Shown here: positions 1 to 11,674 of the stretch, in pieces
How positions within the stretch are numbered: position 1 is the first letter of the stretch
Layout of the letters: each line of letters opens with the position of its first letter
Assembly (NCBI GenBank): GCA_963790475.1
Contig: CAWBOS010000015.1
Span: 288,001-352,000 of the forward strand
Source of the DNA: an uncultured delta proteobacterium
GTDB lineage: Bacteria; Desulfobacterota; RBG-13-43-22
Direction of reading: 5' to 3'
Length of the DNA stretch: 64,000 nt
Made by a program: the position numbers and the translations under genes
Notes under the pieces: model-generated
What the model was told of the DNA's origin: nothing
What the model saw: the letters and a program-made list of their open reading frames with translations, nothing else
The model's database searches: none

Positions 1-136
1 AGGAAACCACGTTCCCAATAGGGTCCGTAATCGTGATGATGGTATTATTGAACGTGGACTGAATATGGGCTATCCCGATGGGGATATTTTTCTTTTCCTT
101 CTTTTTTTTAACGGTCTTCTTTACCTCTTTGGCCAT
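1..136 (-). CDS. rpsK: 30S ribosomal protein S11, 5' part (runs off window start)
   Basis: Manual translation from ATG at 136: [45 protein letters not shown]; follows rpsM. Confidence 0.96.
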   Translation of the reverse strand, partial: MAKEVKKTVKKKKEKKNIPIGIAHIQSTFNNTIITITDPIGNVVS

Positions 137-151
137 GATTCCCCCAGAAAG

Positions 152-523
152 TTATTTTTTCTTTTTGCCGGCCAGCGTTCGACGCGGACCTTTTCGGGTT
201 CGGGCATTGGTATGGGTACGTTGTCCGCGGGCCGGAAGTGATTTTCGATGTCTAAGCCCCCGGTAAGTCCCCAAATCCATCAGCCGCTTAATATCCATGG
301 AAATCTCTCGTCTCAGATCCCCTTCCACCCGGCAGGTACCATCAACCACCTTTCGGATTTGGGCGATCTGGATTTCCGTTAACTGATCGGTCTTGAGGTC
401 CAAAGGAATTTGGGCTTCCTCTAAAATCTTTTTAGAAGTAGCCCGACCGATTCCATAGATATAAGTCAATCCCACTTCAATCCGTTTATTTTTCGGTAAA
501 TCAATTCCCGCTATTCTGGCCAA
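152..523 (-). CDS. rpsM: 30S ribosomal protein S13
   Basis: [25 protein letters not shown]...[14 protein letters not shown]; TTG start at 523 with GGAGG RBS (ORF track over-extends to 589). Confidence 0.97.
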   Translation of the reverse strand: MARIAGIDLPKNKRIEVGLTYIYGIGRATSKKILEEAQIPLDLKTDQLTEIQIAQIRKVVDGTCRVEGDLRREISMDIKRLMDLGTYRGLRHRKSLPARGQRTHTNARTRKGPRRTLAGKKKK

Positions 524-539
524 ACCGGTCCTCCCCTTC

Positions 540-653
540 TTATCCCTGGCGCTGTTTATGTTTGGGGTTTTCGCACAAAACCCGGACAACCCCTTTGCGC
601 CGAATTATTTTACATTTACTGCAAATTTTTTTTACGGATGCCTTTACTTTCAT
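540..653 (-). CDS. rpmJ: 50S ribosomal protein L36 (Zn-ribbon type)
   Basis: Not in ORF track; manual translation [37 protein letters not shown]. Confidence 0.98.
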   Translation of the reverse strand: MKVKASVKKICSKCKIIRRKGVVRVLCENPKHKQRQG

Positions 654-662
654 AATACCCCA

Positions 663-725
663 CAAGGTCCAAGGATCAAGGTTGAAGTTTCAAGGAAAAC
701 CGTATACCGTAACCCTTTGACCGTC
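663..725. repeat. Heptamer-built imperfect palindrome (CAAGGNN family)
   Basis: caaggtc caaggat caaggtt gaagttt caaggaa then aaccgta taccgta acccttt gaccgtc, in the infA-rpmJ spacer. Confidence 0.65.
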
Positions 726-731
726 TTTTAG

Positions 732-950
732 TTATTTCGACCGATAGGTAATCCGACCCCGATTGAAATCATAAGGTGACAGCTCAACTGTTACCCGGTC
801 TCCTGGCAAAATTTTTATAAAATGCAAGCGCATCTTTCCGGAGATGTGGGCCAGGACCCGGTGTCCATTATCCAGTTTAACCCTGAACATGGCATTCGGC
901 AAGGTTTCAACAACCGTGCCTTCCACTTCAATTGCGTCTTCTTTGGGCAT
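732..950 (-). CDS. infA: Translation initiation factor IF-1
   Basis: [30 protein letters not shown]...GRITYR. Confidence 0.98.
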   Translation of the reverse strand: MPKEDAIEVEGTVVETLPNAMFRVKLDNGHRVLAHISGKMRLHFIKILPGDRVTVELSPYDFNRGRITYRSK

Positions 951-955
951 AATTC

Positions 956-1724
956 CTAAAAAAGGTCTGTCCCTTGGCAGGCCTGAGTTAAAATCCGGCA
1001 GCCGTTCTCCGTAATGGCTATCGTATGCTCAAAGTGGGCCGACAAACTTCTATCTTTGGTAACCGCCGTCCAGCCGTCGGCCATTATTTCCACTTCACTG
1101 CCTCCGGCATTGACCATAGGTTCTATAGCTAAAACCATCCCGGGCTTCAAAAGGAGCCCTCGGCCTGATTCTCCAAAATTAGGAACCTGGGGGTCTTCGT
1201 GAAGAGCCTTTCCTATGCCGTGGCCCACAAACTGGCGCACTACCGAAAACCGATGGCTTTCGACATGGTGCTGAACGGCAAAGGAGACATCTCCCAACCG
1301 CCTTCCGGCCCGGACCTGTTCCAAACCTTTGAACAGCGATTCTCGGGTAACCTTAATCAACTGTTCAGCTTGAGGGGATATCCGTCCCACGGCCTGGGTC
1401 AGGGCCGCATCACCATAATAACCTTCTAAGCAAACACCAAAATCCAAGCTGACGATATCGCCGTCCACTAACCTCCGTCCGGAGGGAAAACCATGGACGA
1501 CTTCTTCATTTACAGAAACACACAAACTGAAAGGATAGCCGAGGTATCCTTTGAAAGCCGGGCGGGCCTTTTTTTTTAAAGAAAGACGGTAGGCCAAAAG
1601 ATCCAAGTTCCTGGGTCGTTACCCCCGGTTTGATCCGGCTACGAATTTCAGAAAGAATTTCTGCAACTAATCTCCCCGAAGCGCTCATTTTTTCGATCTC
1701 TTCCGGGGATTTTAACAAGATCAT
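956..1724 (-). CDS. map: Type I methionine aminopeptidase (one apparent +1 frameshift near 1605)
   Basis: [13 protein letters not shown]... (ORF 1506-1724) continues in ORF 956-1606 with [30 protein letters not shown]; removing one base gives 255 aa. Confidence 0.93.
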
Positions 1725-1733
1725 CGTTTCCCT

Positions 1734-2375
1734 TTACTTAAGAACCTGGACAATCCTGTCGAATATTTGCTGAATACCGCCCTGCCCGTCAATCGATCGG
1801 ACCAAGTTTTTCTCTTTATAGTACTGGATGAGAGGAAAGGTCTGTGAATCATAAACCTCCAAACGATTCCGGACCGTATCTTCATTGTCATCATCCCGCT
1901 GATAGAGTTCTCCCTGGCATTTATCGCACAGGCCTTTGTTGAGCGGAGGATCAAAAATAGCATGATAGCCCCGGCCGCACTGACGACACGTCCGTCGCCC
2001 GGTCAGGCGTTTGATTAATTCTCCCTTATCCACATCAATGGAAATAACATGATCGATCCCCGAATTCATGGCCGACAGGACCTTGTCCAAAGCCTGGGCC
2101 TGGGCCACGGTCCGTGGAAAGCCGTCCAGGATATATCCATCCCGGCAATCGGCTTCTTTAAGCCGGGCCTGAATAATATCGATTACCACTTCATCCGGAA
2201 CCAAAAGCCCCTTATCCATATATTCCTTGGCCTTCAAACCCAACGGAGTTCGCTCCTTTAAGGCCGCTCTTAAAATATCACCGGTTGAAATTTGAGGGAT
2301 CCGATAACGGTCAATCATCATTTTGGCCTGGGTCCCTTTTCCGGCCCCCGGCGGGCCCAATAGAATTAAATTCAT
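1734..2375 (-). CDS. adk: Adenylate kinase (Zn-lid)
   Basis: GPPGAGKGTQA P-loop, STGDILR, LDGFPRT, CxxC...CxxC lid. Confidence 0.98.
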   Translation of the reverse strand: MNLILLGPPGAGKGTQAKMMIDRYRIPQISTGDILRAALKERTPLGLKAKEYMDKGLLVPDEVVIDIIQARLKEADCRDGYILDGFPRTVAQAQALDKVLSAMNSGIDHVISIDVDKGELIKRLTGRRTCRQCGRGYHAIFDPPLNKGLCDKCQGELYQRDDDNEDTVRNRLEVYDSQTFPLIQYYKEKNLVRSIDGQGGIQQIFDRIVQVLK

Positions 2376-2400
2376 TGATTCCCTCCTTGATCCTTAAAGA

Positions 2401-3713
2401 CTATCTTCTGACTCGACCTAACCCTTTTTTCATAAAACCTTCATAATGGCGGGTCAACATGTGCGATTCAATTTGGGCCATGGTGTCAATAGCCACCCCG
2501 ACCACAATCAACAAGGCCGTTCCCCCGAAATAAAAAGGGACCTTGAAACGAGTAGATCAGTATGGTGGGCAGGACACAAACGGCCGATACATATAAGGCC
2601 CCGCCGAAAGTGATGCGGGTCAATATCCGGTCGATATAATCCGCGGTTCGCTTTCCAGGACGGATCCCCGGAATATACCCTCCGTACTTCTTCATATTAT
2701 CAGCCACATCGACCGGATTGAAGGTCACCGCGGTGTAAAAATAACAAAAGAAAAAAACTAAATCCCACATAAATCAGATAATAGAGCAGGCTGCCCGCGT
2801 TCATATAATTCTTGAAAAAAGCACTCAGCCACTGGATCTGGACGAACTGGGTGATCGTCGCCGGAAACATAAGAATGGAAGAGGCAAAAATGGGCGGTAT
2901 GACCCCCGAGGTATTGATCTTCAACGGTAAATGGGTGCTTTGCCCCCCATAAATCTTCCGCCCCACCACGCGTTTGGCATATTGAACCGGAATCCGGCGT
3001 TGACCCCGCTCCACAAAAACGATAAATCCGACCACACCGACCATCAAAACGATTAACAACAAACTAAAGACAAAATTCATCTCACCGGTCCGCACTAATT
3101 GAAAGACGCTGGACACGGCGCTCGGCATACGGGCCACGATCCCGGCAAAGATGATCAGAGAAATGCCGTTTCCGATACCCCGTTCGGTGATCTGTTCCCC
3201 CAGCCACATGATAAAGGCCGTACCGGAAGTCAGGGTGATCATGGTCATCAATCGGAAAGCCCAGCCGGCATGAATGACCACGGAGGCCCCGCCCGGACCG
3301 GCCATATTTTCCATCCCCACGGCAATCCCAAACCCCTGAAACAGGGAAAGGACCACGGTTCCATATCGGGCATATTGGGTAATCTTTTTCCGCCCGGCCT
3401 CCCCTTCTTTTTTTAATTTATCCAGGTAAGGGATGACCACGGTTAAGAGATCCAGGATAATCGAAGAACTGATATAGGGCATGATCCCCAGGGCAAAGAC
3501 GGACATATGCTCAAAGGCACCACCGGAGAACATGTCAAAAAGGCCGAACAAGGTACCCTGAGCCCTTTTGAAAAAGGCCGCCATGGCTATGGTATCAATA
3601 CCCGGAGAGGGGATATGCACCCCCACCCGATATACCGCCAGCATGGCCAGGGTAAACCAGATCTTCTTTTTCAGCTCGGGAATCTTGGTGATATTTTGGA
3701 TGCCGCCGATCAT
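2401..3713 (-). CDS. secY: Preprotein translocase SecY (two apparent +1 frameshifts near 2762 and 2553)
   Basis: [46 protein letters not shown], and in a third frame [25 protein letters not shown]...RVRR* (TAG at 2401-2403); removing two bases gives 436 aa. Confidence 0.95.
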
Positions 3714-3766
3714 TGTTTCTTCTTCTGTTCTTAATTATAAAATTTAGGGAGCTTTATTTCCGCCTT

Positions 3767-3806
3767 TTGGATTAAGGAATTCCGCATTCCGAAATCCACA
3801 ATCTAA
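3767..3806. repeat. Heptamer array (ATTCCGC family) overlapping the rplO stop
   Basis: ttggatt aaggaat / attccgc attccga aatccac aatctaa. Confidence 0.6.
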
Positions 3807-4270
3807 ATAACTTCCACCGTCCCTCCGGCGGCTTCAATTTTTTGCTTCGCCCCTTGGCTGCATTTGTTCACCTTAACAAACAAAGGGAATTGAATCTCTC
3901 CGTGTCCTAAAAGTTTGACGGCGTCCTTCAAATGCCGAATGACCCCCATCTGGATCAGGGCCGGCACATCTACGGTGGACCCGCCTGAAAACGGTTTGAG
4001 ATCCCGGATATTAATCAGCGTATAACGGACTCTGCTGATGGGAGTAAAACCTCTCTTGGGCAGCCTTCTTTGGATGGGCATCTGGCCCCCCTCAAACCCT
4101 GGCCGAACCCCTCCTCCGGACCTCGAATTCTGCCCCTTCATGCCCCGGGTGGCGGTTTTCCCATGCCCGGAGCCTATTCCTCGCCCTACCCGTTTAGGCT
4201 TTGTTCTGGAACCGGGGGCCGGCGACAAATTTCCCAAATGATATTTCGTGCCTTTTGGCTTTGAATCCAT
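3803..4270 (-). CDS. rplO: 50S ribosomal protein L15
   Basis: RVGRGIGSGHGKT...GFEGGQMPIQRRLPKRGF. Confidence 0.98.
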   Translation of the reverse strand: MDSKPKGTKYHLGNLSPAPGSRTKPKRVGRGIGSGHGKTATRGMKGQNSRSGGGVRPGFEGGQMPIQRRLPKRGFTPISRVRYTLINIRDLKPFSGGSTVDVPALIQMGVIRHLKDAVKLLGHGEIQFPLFVKVNKCSQGAKQKIEAAGGTVEVI

Positions 4271-4286
4271 CCCTACAACTCCATTC

Positions 4287-4469
4287 TCATTCTTTTACTT
4301 CCACCAGATGGGATATTTGTCGAATCATCCCTCTTAGTTCCGGTGTATCTTTTCGGATTATCGTCTTATTCATTTTGGTCAACCTCATACTATCGAGGGT
4401 TCGACGATGCTTGGGAGGTCGGCCTATTCCACTTCTTCGTAAGGTAATTTGGATCATCTTCTCATTCAT
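4287..4469 (-). CDS. rpmD: 50S ribosomal protein L30
   Basis: IQITLRRSGIGRPPKHRRTL...RGMIRQISHLV; spc operon position. Confidence 0.96.
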   Translation of the reverse strand: MNEKMIQITLRRSGIGRPPKHRRTLDSMRLTKMNKTIIRKDTPELRGMIRQISHLVEVKE

Positions 4470-4475
4470 AGGAGC

Positions 4476-4973
4476 TCACCTGATTTCTGCAACGGTTTTG
4501 CCTCTTTTTTGGGCGATCATTTCCGGGCTGTGTAGATTTCGTAATCCCTGAATCGTTGCCCGGATCACATTGTGGGGATTATTAGAGCCCAAACATTTGG
4601 TCAAAATGTTCTGCACCCCCACGGCCTCCATAACCGCCCGAACGGCCCCGCCGGCGATAATGCCTGTCCCTTTGGAAGCCGGTTTAAGCAAAACCCGCCC
4701 GGCGCCGAAACAGCCGATGACTTCATGGGGAATGGATTGCTCCATCAGGGGAAATTCCTTCATCTCTCTTTTGGCCTTTTCCATGGCCTTGCGGATGGCT
4801 TCGGGGACTTCATTGGCCTTGCCAAGGCCGGCCCCCACTTTTCCGTTTCCATCTCCGACTACGGCCAGGGCACTGAAACTGAAACGCCGCCCCCCCTTAA
4901 CCACTTTGGCCACCCGGCTGATATGAACCACCTTATTGATTAATTGCTTATCCGTTGAGTTGTAGTCTATCAA
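4476..4973 (-). CDS. rpsE: 30S ribosomal protein S5
   Basis: [30 protein letters not shown]. Confidence 0.98.
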   Translation of the reverse strand: MIDYNSTDKQLINKVVHISRVAKVVKGGRRFSFSALAVVGDGNGKVGAGLGKANEVPEAIRKAMEKAKREMKEFPLMEQSIPHEVIGCFGAGRVLLKPASKGTGIIAGGAVRAVMEAVGVQNILTKCLGSNNPHNVIRATIQGLRNLHSPEMIAQKRGKTVAEIR

Positions 4974-4986
4974 TATCGCCCCCCTC

Positions 4987-5352
4987 TTAGAATTCCAACC
5001 CGGCTTCCCGGGCGGCTATCGACACGGCTTTTACCCGGCCGTGATACAAAAAACCGTTTCGATCAAAAACCACCTTTTTAATCCCTTTTTCCAAGGCCTT
5101 CCGCGCTAGTAAGGCCCCGACCTTCTGGGCCACCGCCACCTTCCCGGGAACCTTGACCTCCCTGATTTCCGGACTCAAACTGGATACCTGGACCAGAGTT
5201 TGTCCGGTCGTATCGACAATAATCTGGGCATAGATATTTCGGGCACTGCGGAAAACAGAAAGCCGGGGTCTTGTTTCATCGCTCCAGATTTTTTTCCTAA
5301 CCCGTCTTTTTCTTTTCAGATGGGCCATTTTTTTCTTCTTTAAGGATTCCAT
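4987..5352 (-). CDS. rplR: 50S ribosomal protein L18
   Basis: [33 protein letters not shown]. Confidence 0.98.
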   Translation of the reverse strand: MESLKKKKMAHLKRKRRVRKKIWSDETRPRLSVFRSARNIYAQIIVDTTGQTLVQVSSLSPEIREVKVPGKVAVAQKVGALLARKALEKGIKKVVFDRNGFLYHGRVKAVSIAAREAGLEF

Positions 5353-5366
5353 AATTTCCTCTTTTA

Positions 5367-5906
5367 TTATTTTGAACCTGTTTTCCCGACCTTCCTGCGG
5401 ATCTTTTCTTCCTGATATTTTATTCCCTTGCCCTTATAGGGTTCCGGGGGTCTGAATTTTCGAATCCGAGCCGCTGTCAGTCCCAGAAGATCGCGGTCGA
5501 TGCCCTTGAGGACCACACGGGTTTGTCTTTCCACCTGGGCAGAAATCCCTTCGGGCAGTTGAAAGGGAACGGGATGAGAATACCCGAGATTCAATACCAA
5601 TTGACTGCCCTGGATTTCCGCCCGATAACCCACGCCTTGAATCTCTAAAACCCGTTCGAACCCTTCGGCCACTCCTTTGACCATATTGGCCACCAGGGTC
5701 CGAAATAATCCGAACAAGGCCCTGACCTTTTGGCTGTCATCCTGAGGGCGAATGAGGACCTGGTTTCCTTCAAGCTGTAAGGATAATTGGGGAGGCATAT
5801 TTCGGCTTAACTCCCCTTTAGGGCCTTTAACCGTCAACCCTCCTTCGGTCAGCACAACCTTCACTTCTTTAGGTATCGGAATGGGTTTTTTTCCAACCCG
5901 TGACAT
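5367..5906 (-). CDS. rplF: 50S ribosomal protein L6
   Basis: [22 protein letters not shown]. Confidence 0.98.
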   Translation of the reverse strand: MSRVGKKPIPIPKEVKVVLTEGGLTVKGPKGELSRNMPPQLSLQLEGNQVLIRPQDDSQKVRALFGLFRTLVANMVKGVAEGFERVLEIQGVGYRAEIQGSQLVLNLGYSHPVPFQLPEGISAQVERQTRVVLKGIDRDLLGLTAARIRKFRPPEPYKGKGIKYQEEKIRRKVGKTGSK

Positions 5907-5935
5907 AACTTCCTCCTTAATAGCCTCTTATCAGT

Positions 5936-6334
5936 TTACCAGACCGTACAGATAATCTCGCCGCCCACCCCGTGTTTTCGCGCTTCCCGCTCGGTCATTA
6001 CTCCTTTGGAAGTAGATAAGATGGATAAACCCATCCCATTCAAAACCTTAGGGATATTATCTTTCTTGGCATAAGAACGTCTGCTGGGGCGGCTGACCCT
6101 GCGGATATTGGAAAGGACTTGCTGGTTTTTTTCATCATACTTCAGATAAAGGCGAAGCAACCCTTGGCGATTGTCCTTAATGACCTTAAAATTTTTAATA
6201 TATCCCTCATCTTTCAATATCCGGGCTATATGAATCTTAATCTTGGAAGAAGGGATATCCACCTTGCTGAATTTGGCTGAACTGCCGTTTCTAATCTGGG
6301 TCAGCATATCGGCGATGGGATCGGTCATGCCCAT
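5936..6334 (-). CDS. rpsH: 30S ribosomal protein S8
   Basis: [31 protein letters not shown]. Confidence 0.98.
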   Translation of the reverse strand: MGMTDPIADMLTQIRNGSSAKFSKVDIPSSKIKIHIARILKDEGYIKNFKVIKDNRQGLLRLYLKYDEKNQQVLSNIRRVSRPSRRSYAKKDNIPKVLNGMGLSILSTSKGVMTEREARKHGVGGEIICTVW

Positions 6335-6377
6335 AAATATTAACTCCTTTTTCGATTCCTTTAAAAATGTTTTGCCA

Positions 6378-6563
6378 CTACCAACTGGATTTAACTACAC
6401 CGGGGATATCCCCTTTGAGGGCCATCAGCCGGAAACAGATGCGACATAACCCGAATTTCCGTATATACCCTCGTGGTCGCCCGCATAGGGGACATCGGTT
6501 ATAGGACCTGACCTTGAATTTGGGTGTCCGGCCGGCCTTAATCCTTAAAGACGTTTTTGCCAA
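6378..6563 (-). CDS. rpsN: 30S ribosomal protein S14, Zn-binding (type Z)
   Basis: 61 aa; [12 protein letters not shown]...CRICFR...PGVVKSSW. Confidence 0.97.
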   Translation of the reverse strand: MAKTSLRIKAGRTPKFKVRSYNRCPLCGRPRGYIRKFGLCRICFRLMALKGDIPGVVKSSW

Positions 6564-6640
6564 TGTGTCTTCTCCTTCTTTTTCCCGGTTTGATTCTTAA
6601 TAGACCTTGACTCTTCGATGATTTTATCAACTCCGGCTAA

Positions 6641-6696
6641 TAGGTTCGAGTTCGGTGTTCGGAGTTTAAACTCCGAACTAATGACTCGGAACTAAT
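6641..6696. repeat. Heptamer-built palindrome (GAGTTCG family)
   Basis: taggttc gagttcg gtgttcg gagttta / aactccg aactaat gactcgg aactaat in the rplE-rpsN spacer. Confidence 0.75.
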
Positions 6697-6761
6697 AAAG
6701 TTCCAGTGATATTTGAATTCTTCATAAGTGCCTTTCTTTAATAAAAGCACTTGGTTTCATT

Positions 6762-7301
6762 CTAATTGCGAAAAGGCATTCCCAATAATTTCAACAAGAG
6801 CCGGCCTTCCTCATCGGTTCCAGAGCTGGTTACGATAGTAATATTCATACCTTTGATCTTATCTATCTTGTCGTAATTGATCTCCGGAAAAATAATGTGT
6901 TCCCGAATTCCCAAGGTATAATTGCCGCGGCCGTCAAATGATTTCGGGGAAACACCCCGAAAATCACGGACCCGAGGCAAAGCGACGTGAATCAATTTAT
7001 CCAGAAAATCAAACATCCGGTCTCGGCGTAAAGTCACCATGCAGCCGATAGGCATATTTTCCCGCAATTTAAAAGACGCAATGGACTTTTTAGCCCGGGT
7101 AATCACCGGTTTTTGCCCGGCGATCAGGGCCAATTCTTCCACCGCATTATCCAGGATCTTGATATTTTGAATGGCCTCTCCCAGACCCATATTGAGTACT
7201 ACACTTTGCAGCCGGGGGACCTCCATGATATTCCGATAATTAAACTCCTGAGTCAACTGGGGTCTAATCTCGTTTTCATAAAGCGTTTTTAATCTGGACA
7301 T
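6762..7301 (-). CDS. rplE: 50S ribosomal protein L5
   Basis: [12 protein letters not shown]..., [29 protein letters not shown]; alternative start at 7313. Confidence 0.97.
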   Translation of the reverse strand: MSRLKTLYENEIRPQLTQEFNYRNIMEVPRLQSVVLNMGLGEAIQNIKILDNAVEELALIAGQKPVITRAKKSIASFKLRENMPIGCMVTLRRDRMFDFLDKLIHVALPRVRDFRGVSPKSFDGRGNYTLGIREHIIFPEINYDKIDKIKGMNITIVTSSGTDEEGRLLLKLLGMPFRN

Positions 7302-7323
7302 GCCTTGTTTCATCCTTTCCCGG

Positions 7324-7641
7324 CTATTTATTCTCCAGAATCTCCCCGCATTTTTTACAAATGCGGACCGTTTTCCCATCCGGCTGCTTCTGAGAACCAA
7401 CCCGAACCGGGTCAGTGCATTTTCCACAGATGAGCATCACATTGGAGACATGAAGAGAGGCTTCCTTTTCAATGATGCCCCCTTTGCTGACCTTTCCTCC
7501 GGGACGCGTATGCCGCTTGATGTAATTCACTTTCTCGACGATCACCCGGTTTTTTTCGGAATAAATTTTAAGTATTTTACCGGTCTTGCCTTTTTCTTTC
7601 CCCGAAATAACCATGACCTTGTCGTTTTTTTTCAGTCTCAT
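7324..7641 (-). CDS. rplX: 50S ribosomal protein L24
   Basis: KOW motif [15 protein letters not shown]; [15 protein letters not shown]. Confidence 0.97.
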   Translation of the reverse strand: MRLKKNDKVMVISGKEKGKTGKILKIYSEKNRVIVEKVNYIKRHTRPGGKVSKGGIIEKEASLHVSNVMLICGKCTDPVRVGSQKQPDGKTVRICKKCGEILENK

Positions 7642-7690
7642 TTTTTTGCCCTATCTTGAATAAATCCTATTTTCTTGCTTCACTCATCGT

Positions 7691-7834
7691 TAACAAGTTG
7701 ATCAAAAATGCCCAGATGCAAGGCGCCCGAAATTCCTCGGCATGAAGGCGTACTTGATGTACGTCGTAATGACGAGGGATAAGGGAAATCCCGCTATCAG
7801 CGGGATCAGGTGGGCGTTTTTCATCAACTTGTCA
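7691..7834. mobile_element. 144-bp MITE-like element between rplN and rplX
   Basis: TIRs TAACAAGTTGATCAAAAATGCCCA vs reverse complement TGACAAGTTGATGAAAAACGCCCA (21/24); internal GGCGTAC-n5-GTACGTC hairpin; no ORF. Confidence 0.75.
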
Positions 7835-8200
7835 AAGCACTTCTGGCGCCAGTGATATAATTTTCATGAAATTCTTGGCCCTGAGTTCCCGGGCCACCGG
7901 GCCGAAAATTCGAGTCCCGACCGGCTCCCGCTGTTGATTGATCAAAACCGCCGAATTATCATCAAATTTAATATAAGAACCGTCAGGGCGGGAGATCTCT
8001 TTTTTGGTCCGAACCACCACCGCCTTCATCACATCCCCTTTTTTGACTTTGGCATTAGGAATAGCCTCTTTAACGGATACCACGATTATATCCCCGATCC
8101 GGGCATACCGGCGGCGAGTTCCACCCAGAACCCGGATACAAAATAATTTCTTGGCTCCGGAATTATCGGCCACATCTAATTTAGTTTGTGTCTGTATCAT
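7832..8200 (-). CDS. rplN: 50S ribosomal protein L14
   Basis: [17 protein letters not shown]...[13 protein letters not shown]...SLAPEVL. Confidence 0.99.
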   Translation of the reverse strand: MIQTQTKLDVADNSGAKKLFCIRVLGGTRRRYARIGDIIVVSVKEAIPNAKVKKGDVMKAVVVRTKKEISRPDGSYIKFDDNSAVLINQQREPVGTRIFGPVARELRAKNFMKIISLAPEVL

Positions 8201-8218
8201 CAGGGATCACCTTACCTT

Positions 8219-8476
8219 CTACTCCATTTTCTCTAAAACTTTGCTGACCTTAAATCGCTTCTGCTTGCTCAGAGGACGCGTTTCCGTCAGTAAGACCCGA
8301 TCCCCGATTCGGCATTCATTTCTTTCATCGTGGGCCATAAATTTGGCCTTCCGGCGAATGTATTTCTGGTAAACGGGATGTTTCACCAATCGTTCAACCG
8401 AGACCACCACGGATTTTTCCATCTTATTGCTGACCACCGTTCCGGTTAAGGTCTTTTGACTGCCCCTCTTTTCCAT
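8219..8476 (-). CDS. rpsQ: 30S ribosomal protein S17
   Basis: [27 protein letters not shown]. Confidence 0.98.
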   Translation of the reverse strand: MEKRGSQKTLTGTVVSNKMEKSVVVSVERLVKHPVYQKYIRRKAKFMAHDERNECRIGDRVLLTETRPLSKQKRFKVSKVLEKME

Positions 8477-8502
8477 ATCTTAAACCCCTTTGGTTTTCTT
8501 GA

Positions 8503-8694
8503 TTAAGCGGCCATCTTGGCACGAATAACGGTCTTGATCCGGGCCAGATCCTTTTTGGTCATCGGAATACGCATGGTATTTTCCAGCAGCCCTGTGGCAT
8601 GTTGAAATCTTAGATTAAACAGGGTCTCCTGTATCTCTTTTTCCTTGGACCGTAACTCCTCGATGGTCAAATCTTTTAATTCGCTGGCTTTCAC
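8503..8694 (-). CDS. rpmC: 50S ribosomal protein L29
   Basis: MKASELKDL...[11 protein letters not shown]...KKDLARIKT. Confidence 0.97.
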   Translation of the reverse strand: MKASELKDLTIEELRSKEKEIQETLFNLRFQHATGLLENTMRIPMTKKDLARIKTVIRAKMAA

Positions 8695-9104
8695 AACAGG
8701 CTCCTAAGCACAATTTTGGTCTTGATGGGAAGTTTATGGGCGGCCAAACGCAAGGCTTCATCGGCCACTTCCTTGGAAACGCCTTCCATCTCATAAATAA
8801 TTCGTCCCGGGTGAATTACTGCCACCCAGGCCTCAGGTGCCCCTTTTCCCTTTCCCATCCGGGTTTCAGCCGGCTTCTTGGTAATCGGTTTATCGGGGAA
8901 TATGCGTATCCAGATCTTCCCGCCCCGTTTTATGGACCGGGTCATGGCAATACGGGCCGCCTCGATCTGTTGAGCGGTTAATCGGCCGCATTCCAGGGCC
9001 TGAAGACCGAAGTCACCGAACTCCAGTTCCGACCCGCGAAAAGCGGCTCCCCGCATCCGGCCTTTTTGCTGTTTACGATATTTAACTTTCTTTGGACTGA
9101 GCAT
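8691..9104 (-). CDS. rplP: 50S ribosomal protein L16
   Basis: [27 protein letters not shown]. Confidence 0.99.
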   Translation of the reverse strand: MLSPKKVKYRKQQKGRMRGAAFRGSELEFGDFGLQALECGRLTAQQIEAARIAMTRSIKRGGKIWIRIFPDKPITKKPAETRMGKGKGAPEAWVAVIHPGRIIYEMEGVSKEVADEALRLAAHKLPIKTKIVLRSLL

Positions 9105-9122
9105 GACAAAAATCCCTCTACC

Positions 9123-9770
9123 TTAAGAAACCGGTATTTCCTTTTCCGCTAATTTTTCCCCTTTAAAGATAAGGACCTTGATCCCGATGAGCCCGTAAGT
9201 CGTCGCCGCTTCGGCGAATCCGTAATCGATAATGGCCCGCAGAGTATGAAGAGGCACCCGGCCTTCCCGATACCATTCGGTCCGGGCCATTTCCGCCCCG
9301 CCCAAACGCCCGGCACAGGCGATCTTGATCCCTCCGGCCCCGAATTTTCTGGCTGCGCTGACCGCTTTTTTCATAGCCCTCCGGAAGGCCACCCGGCGCT
9401 CTAATTGCGAGGCCACATTTTCAGCCACCAACTGGGCTTCCACTTCCGGTTTTCGAACTTCCTGGATATCCAAAATGACTTCCCGCTTAATCTGTTTTTC
9501 CAGGTCCTTTTTCAGACTTTCAATCTGGGCCCCTTTTTTACCGATGACAATCCCGGGCCTGGCGGTATAAATGATAATCTTGGCTTTATTGGCTGCCCTT
9601 TCAATTTCAATCCGGGCAATACCGGCATCAAACAATCTTTTTTTAAGAAAATCGCGGATCTTTTTGTCTTCCTGAATAAGTTGCGCGAAATCCTTGCCCG
9701 CAAACCACCGCGAATTCCAATCCTTGTTGACTACCAGTCGGAATCCTTTTGGATGTGTCTTCTGTCCCAA
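9123..9770 (-). CDS. rpsC: 30S ribosomal protein S3
   Basis: [32 protein letters not shown]. Confidence 0.99.
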   Translation of the reverse strand: MGQKTHPKGFRLVVNKDWNSRWFAGKDFAQLIQEDKKIRDFLKKRLFDAGIARIEIERAANKAKIIIYTARPGIVIGKKGAQIESLKKDLEKQIKREVILDIQEVRKPEVEAQLVAENVASQLERRVAFRRAMKKAVSAARKFGAGGIKIACAGRLGGAEMARTEWYREGRVPLHTLRAIIDYGFAEAATTYGLIGIKVLIFKGEKLAEKEIPVS

Positions 9771-9786
9771 ACCGATCTCCTTTTCT

Positions 9787-10116
9787 TTAAGCTTCTTCTA
9801 AAAACACTGTGATATGACTGGTCCTTTTTAATATGGGATAGGCCCGGCCCATAGCTCGGGGCATAAAACGCTTTAAGGTAGGGCCGCCATCGATCAACAC
9901 GGTCTTGACCACCAGGGTGTCGATATCCACCTTATTCTGTTCGGCATTGGCAACCGCTGAATGCAGAACCTTCTGAAGTATTCGGGCCCCCTTCCTCGGC
10001 ATGAACTGCAGAATGGAAATGGCGTCCTCCACTTTTCTCCCTTTGATGGCCGGTATGATCACCTGGACTTTTCGGGGCGCTATCCGGATATATTTGGCCT
10101 GGGCTTTTGTTTCCAT
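9787..10116 (-). CDS. rplV: 50S ribosomal protein L22
   Basis: [30 protein letters not shown]. Confidence 0.98.
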   Translation of the reverse strand: METKAQAKYIRIAPRKVQVIIPAIKGRKVEDAISILQFMPRKGARILQKVLHSAVANAEQNKVDIDTLVVKTVLIDGGPTLKRFMPRAMGRAYPILKRTSHITVFLEEA

Positions 10117-10130
10117 AAATTTACCCTTTC

Positions 10131-10421
10131 TTACTTGGCCTTTCCTTTTACGGCGGTTTTTCGATCCCCGGAATGGGAATAAAAAGTTCGGGTGGGAGAA
10201 AATTCTCCCAATTTGTGACCGACCATATTTTCCGTCACATAGACCGGAATGAACTTTTTACCGTTATGGACCGCAAAAGTCATCCCTACAAATTCAGGCA
10301 GGACGGTTGAACGACGCGACCAGGTTTTTATGACTTTCCGGCTCTTGGTTTCCTGGGATTCTTGTACTTTCTTCAACAAAGGTTCATCAACAAAAGGACC
10401 TTTCTTTAATGAACGTGCCAC
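10131..10421 (-). CDS. rpsS: 30S ribosomal protein S19
   Basis: GTG start; [31 protein letters not shown]. Confidence 0.98.
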   Translation of the reverse strand: MARSLKKGPFVDEPLLKKVQESQETKSRKVIKTWSRRSTVLPEFVGMTFAVHNGKKFIPVYVTENMVGHKLGEFSPTRTFYSHSGDRKTAVKGKAK

Positions 10422-10433
10422 AACTCCCCCCAT

Positions 10434-10538
10434 TTCAATTCCGGATTGCGGAATAATAAGGTGCTGTTTCATCCCTCAATCCGAAATTCTTATTTCAGAT
10501 TGAATTAAATCTTTCTTATTCCGAAATCCGCATTCCTA
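10434..10538. repeat. Heptamer-built palindrome (GCGGAAT/ATTCCGC family) overlapping the rplB stop
   Basis: ttcaatt ccggatt gcggaat ... aatccga ... attccga aatccgc attccta. Confidence 0.65.
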
Positions 10539-11363
10539 TTGTGTTTTTCTTTTTTTAACGATCAATCGATCGCTGGCCTTTTTCTTCCGGGTTTTGAATC
10601 CTTTGGTCGGGACTCCCCAAGGGGTTACCGGATGACGGCCCCCGGAGGACTTTCCCTCTCCTCCACCATGGGGATGATCCACCGGATTCATGGCCACACC
10701 TCGCACCTTGGGTCTTTGCCCCAACCACCGGCTTCGGCCGGCTTTGCCTAACGAGACCCTCTCATGCAAGAGATGCCCGCACTGCCCGATGGTGGCCCGA
10801 CAGGTCAATAAGACTTTGCGGACCTCTCCTGAAGGCAGTTTAATCTGTCCATATTTGTCTTCTTTGGCCATGAGTTGGGCATATGTCCCGGCACTGCGAG
10901 CCAGTTGCCCGCCGCATCCCGGTCTTAATTCGATGTTATGGATATTGGTACCCAGAGGAATGTTGCTGATGGGCAGACTGTTTCCCGGTTTAATGTCAGC
11001 CCGTCCGCTGCTGATCACCAGATCTCCCACCTTGAGTTGATGAGGGGCCAGAATATAGCGTTTTTCCCCATCGGCATAGTGAAGCAAGGCGATCCGGGTA
11101 GAACGATTGGGGTCGTATTCTATTACGGCCACCTTAGCGGGAATGTCTATTTTCTCCCGCTTAAAATCGATTCTTCGATACTGCCGTTTATGACCGCCCC
11201 CTTTATAACGGCTGGTGATACGGCCATAATTATTACGCCCCCCTGTCCGGGGTAATGGTTCTACCAGACCCCGAACCAGTTCTTTGCCCGTTATTTCATC
11301 GTAGGTATCAAAGGTTTGAAACCGTCTTCCCGGTGAAGTTGGTGTACATGTTCTAATGGCCAT
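10536..11363 (-). CDS. rplB: 50S ribosomal protein L2
   Basis: [24 protein letters not shown]. Confidence 0.99.
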   Translation of the reverse strand: MAIRTCTPTSPGRRFQTFDTYDEITGKELVRGLVEPLPRTGGRNNYGRITSRYKGGGHKRQYRRIDFKREKIDIPAKVAVIEYDPNRSTRIALLHYADGEKRYILAPHQLKVGDLVISSGRADIKPGNSLPISNIPLGTNIHNIELRPGCGGQLARSAGTYAQLMAKEDKYGQIKLPSGEVRKVLLTCRATIGQCGHLLHERVSLGKAGRSRWLGQRPKVRGVAMNPVDHPHGGGEGKSSGGRHPVTPWGVPTKGFKTRKKKASDRLIVKKRKTQ

Positions 11364-11392
11364 ATTGCTTCTCCCTTACCAAGGTCCCTTCC

Positions 11393-11674
11393 TTATAGAT
11401 TTTCAATCGCTTCACCCGGAGCCAGCCTGACCAGGGCCTTCTTCCAATCTGCAGTTCTTCCAGCCTTCTTTCCTACTCGCTTCTTCTTCCCCTCCATCTG
11501 CATGAGGTTGACCCGTTGTACCTTTACCTTGAACAGGGTCTGGACAGCCATCTTCACCTCGGAACGGTTGGCCCTTCGGTCAACTTCGAAAGCCACTTCA
11601 TTGATTTCTTCCTTCTTCCGAGTCGATTTTTCCGTTAGCAAGGGCCTTTTTATAATTTGAAAAATATCTTTCAT
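11393..11674 (-). CDS. rplW: 50S ribosomal protein L23
   Basis: IIKRPLLTEKS, WKKALVRL. Confidence 0.97.
   Translation of the reverse strand: MKDIFQIIKRPLLTEKSTRKKEEINEVAFEVDRRANRSEVKMAVQTLFKVKVQRVNLMQMEGKKKRVGKKAGRTADWKKALVRLAPGEAIENL

Noticed and set aside
2401-3713. secY, map, rplL and radA as pseudogenes or programmed frameshifts
   Set aside because: Otherwise intact and mostly essential genes; each break is a single extra base with no consistent slippery motif, so sequencing error is the simpler explanation.
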